Below are positions 62,930-64,000 of a DNA stretch of 64,000 bases, piece after piece. The stretch covers positions 20,832,001 through 20,896,000 of the forward strand of contig NC_043021.1 in NCBI RefSeq assembly GCF_006345805.1. Reading direction: 5' to 3'. The position numbers were made by a program, and so were the translations under genes. The DNA is from Octopus sinensis. Its lineage: Eukaryota. A model generated the notes under the pieces. The model was not told the DNA's origin. It did not search any database and saw nothing but the letters and a program-made list of their open reading frames with translations. Position 1 is the stretch's first letter. Each line of letters begins with the position of its first letter.

Positions 62930-63674
62930 GTTTTTTGTATGTATGCATATATATATATGTGTGATGAATGTATATATACATATATATATGTATGGATGTG
63001 TGTATATATATATATATATATATGCATATATATGTATGTATATACATATATATATGTGTATGTATGTATATGTATATATGTGTGTATGTATGTGTATATG
63101 TATGCATGTATGTATATATATATATATATGTATGTATATATATATATATTTGCATGTCTATATGTGTGTGTGCGTGTATATACATGTGCGTGCATATGTA
63201 TATTTATGCATATATATATGATGACGTGTGAATATATATATATATACACACACATATAAATGAATGACTATACATGTATATATAAGTGTTAGTGGCGGTG
63301 GTAGTCATTGTGGTAGTAGTAGTATAGTAGTGGATAGTGGATGGGCTTCCTTTTAATTGCTCTTTCAGTAGCCAGCAGGAGGGGGGATGGTGATGGTGGT
63401 GGTGGTGATGATGGCACCATAGGCAGGTGGCACTTAAGACACAATTTTACAGGATGACTCAAGCATCAACAACACACCCTCTCCTACTTTCTCTTTCAAT
63501 TCATGTTCCTCTTCTGCATCCACCCCCTCCTCCTCTTCTCCTTTGTCTTCTCTGTTTATACAGAGTAAATGAAAGAAGACAGCCTGCACACACACACACA
63601 CACACACTACACATACACATACATACACACACACACATACACAGATATAGATATGTTTGTGTATACACACATGC

Positions 63675-63715
<41 letters not shown>

Positions 63716-64000
63716 CATACACAAATGCACGAATACACACACACACACACACACATGCATATACATGGACATGAACACATACTCAGATATTTAAAATATA
63801 TATTATTTATTTTATATATATAATATATATTATTATTTTATATATATTATATATATTATATATATATATATGTGTGGGTGTGTGTGTGTAGCGTTTATAC
63901 TAGTCTTGATAGAATTGAGATATCGGTTCTATTCTAGCAAAACTGTCCGACAAACGGGAACGTGAACTCAGAGTAACAGGTTTTGTTGAATTTTTCTGTG

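Noticed and set aside
63360-63580. Possible plus-strand exons (Gly/Asp-rich; Ser-rich DDSSINNTPSP...)
   Set aside because: Low-complexity sequence among microsatellites; no recognisable protein or partner exons.

Overview
Eukaryotic, intron- and repeat-rich DNA, most likely from an octopus (coleoid cephalopod). This is judged from the tRNA-headed SINE families and the (TA)n/(TG)n/(CAT)n microsatellite load; the species cannot be fixed from sequence alone. One protein-coding gene can be reconstructed: PEX5 (peroxisomal PTS1 receptor) on the minus strand. Ten coding exons (26382-26287, 23398-23360, 21076-21041, 18800-18677, 15102-14931, 14091-13986, 10584-10459, 3663-3545, 1725-1668, 624-481) have GT-AG boundaries and compatible phases. 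They join into 1020 nt / 340 codons with no stop: Cys11 motif, six WxxxF/Y motifs, the PEX7-binding segment and the start of the TPR domain. The rest of the gene runs off the left edge. Almost none of these exons is visible as such in the supplied ORF track, and the long ORFs in that track are microsatellite or transposon artefacts. The remainder is four abundant SINE/retroposon families, non-autonomous Helitrons, mariner remnants, hAT-, piggyBac- and Merlin-like MITEs, CR1/L2/RTE LINE fragments, a decayed Penelope-like element and a CpG-eroded tRNA-Gly pseudogene. Most notable observations: (1) several Penelope-type minimal hammerhead ribozyme motifs, two of them in a 313-bp inverted repeat; (2) a SINE whose target-site duplication copies a PEX5 splice donor; (3) the in-frame skippable PEX7-binding exon next to a 140-bp higher-order minisatellite; (4) a 343-bp intronic fold-back; (5) recurrent short templated insertions; (6) a visible CpG-decay boundary at the 5' end of PEX5. 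All counts were made by eye; no searches were run.
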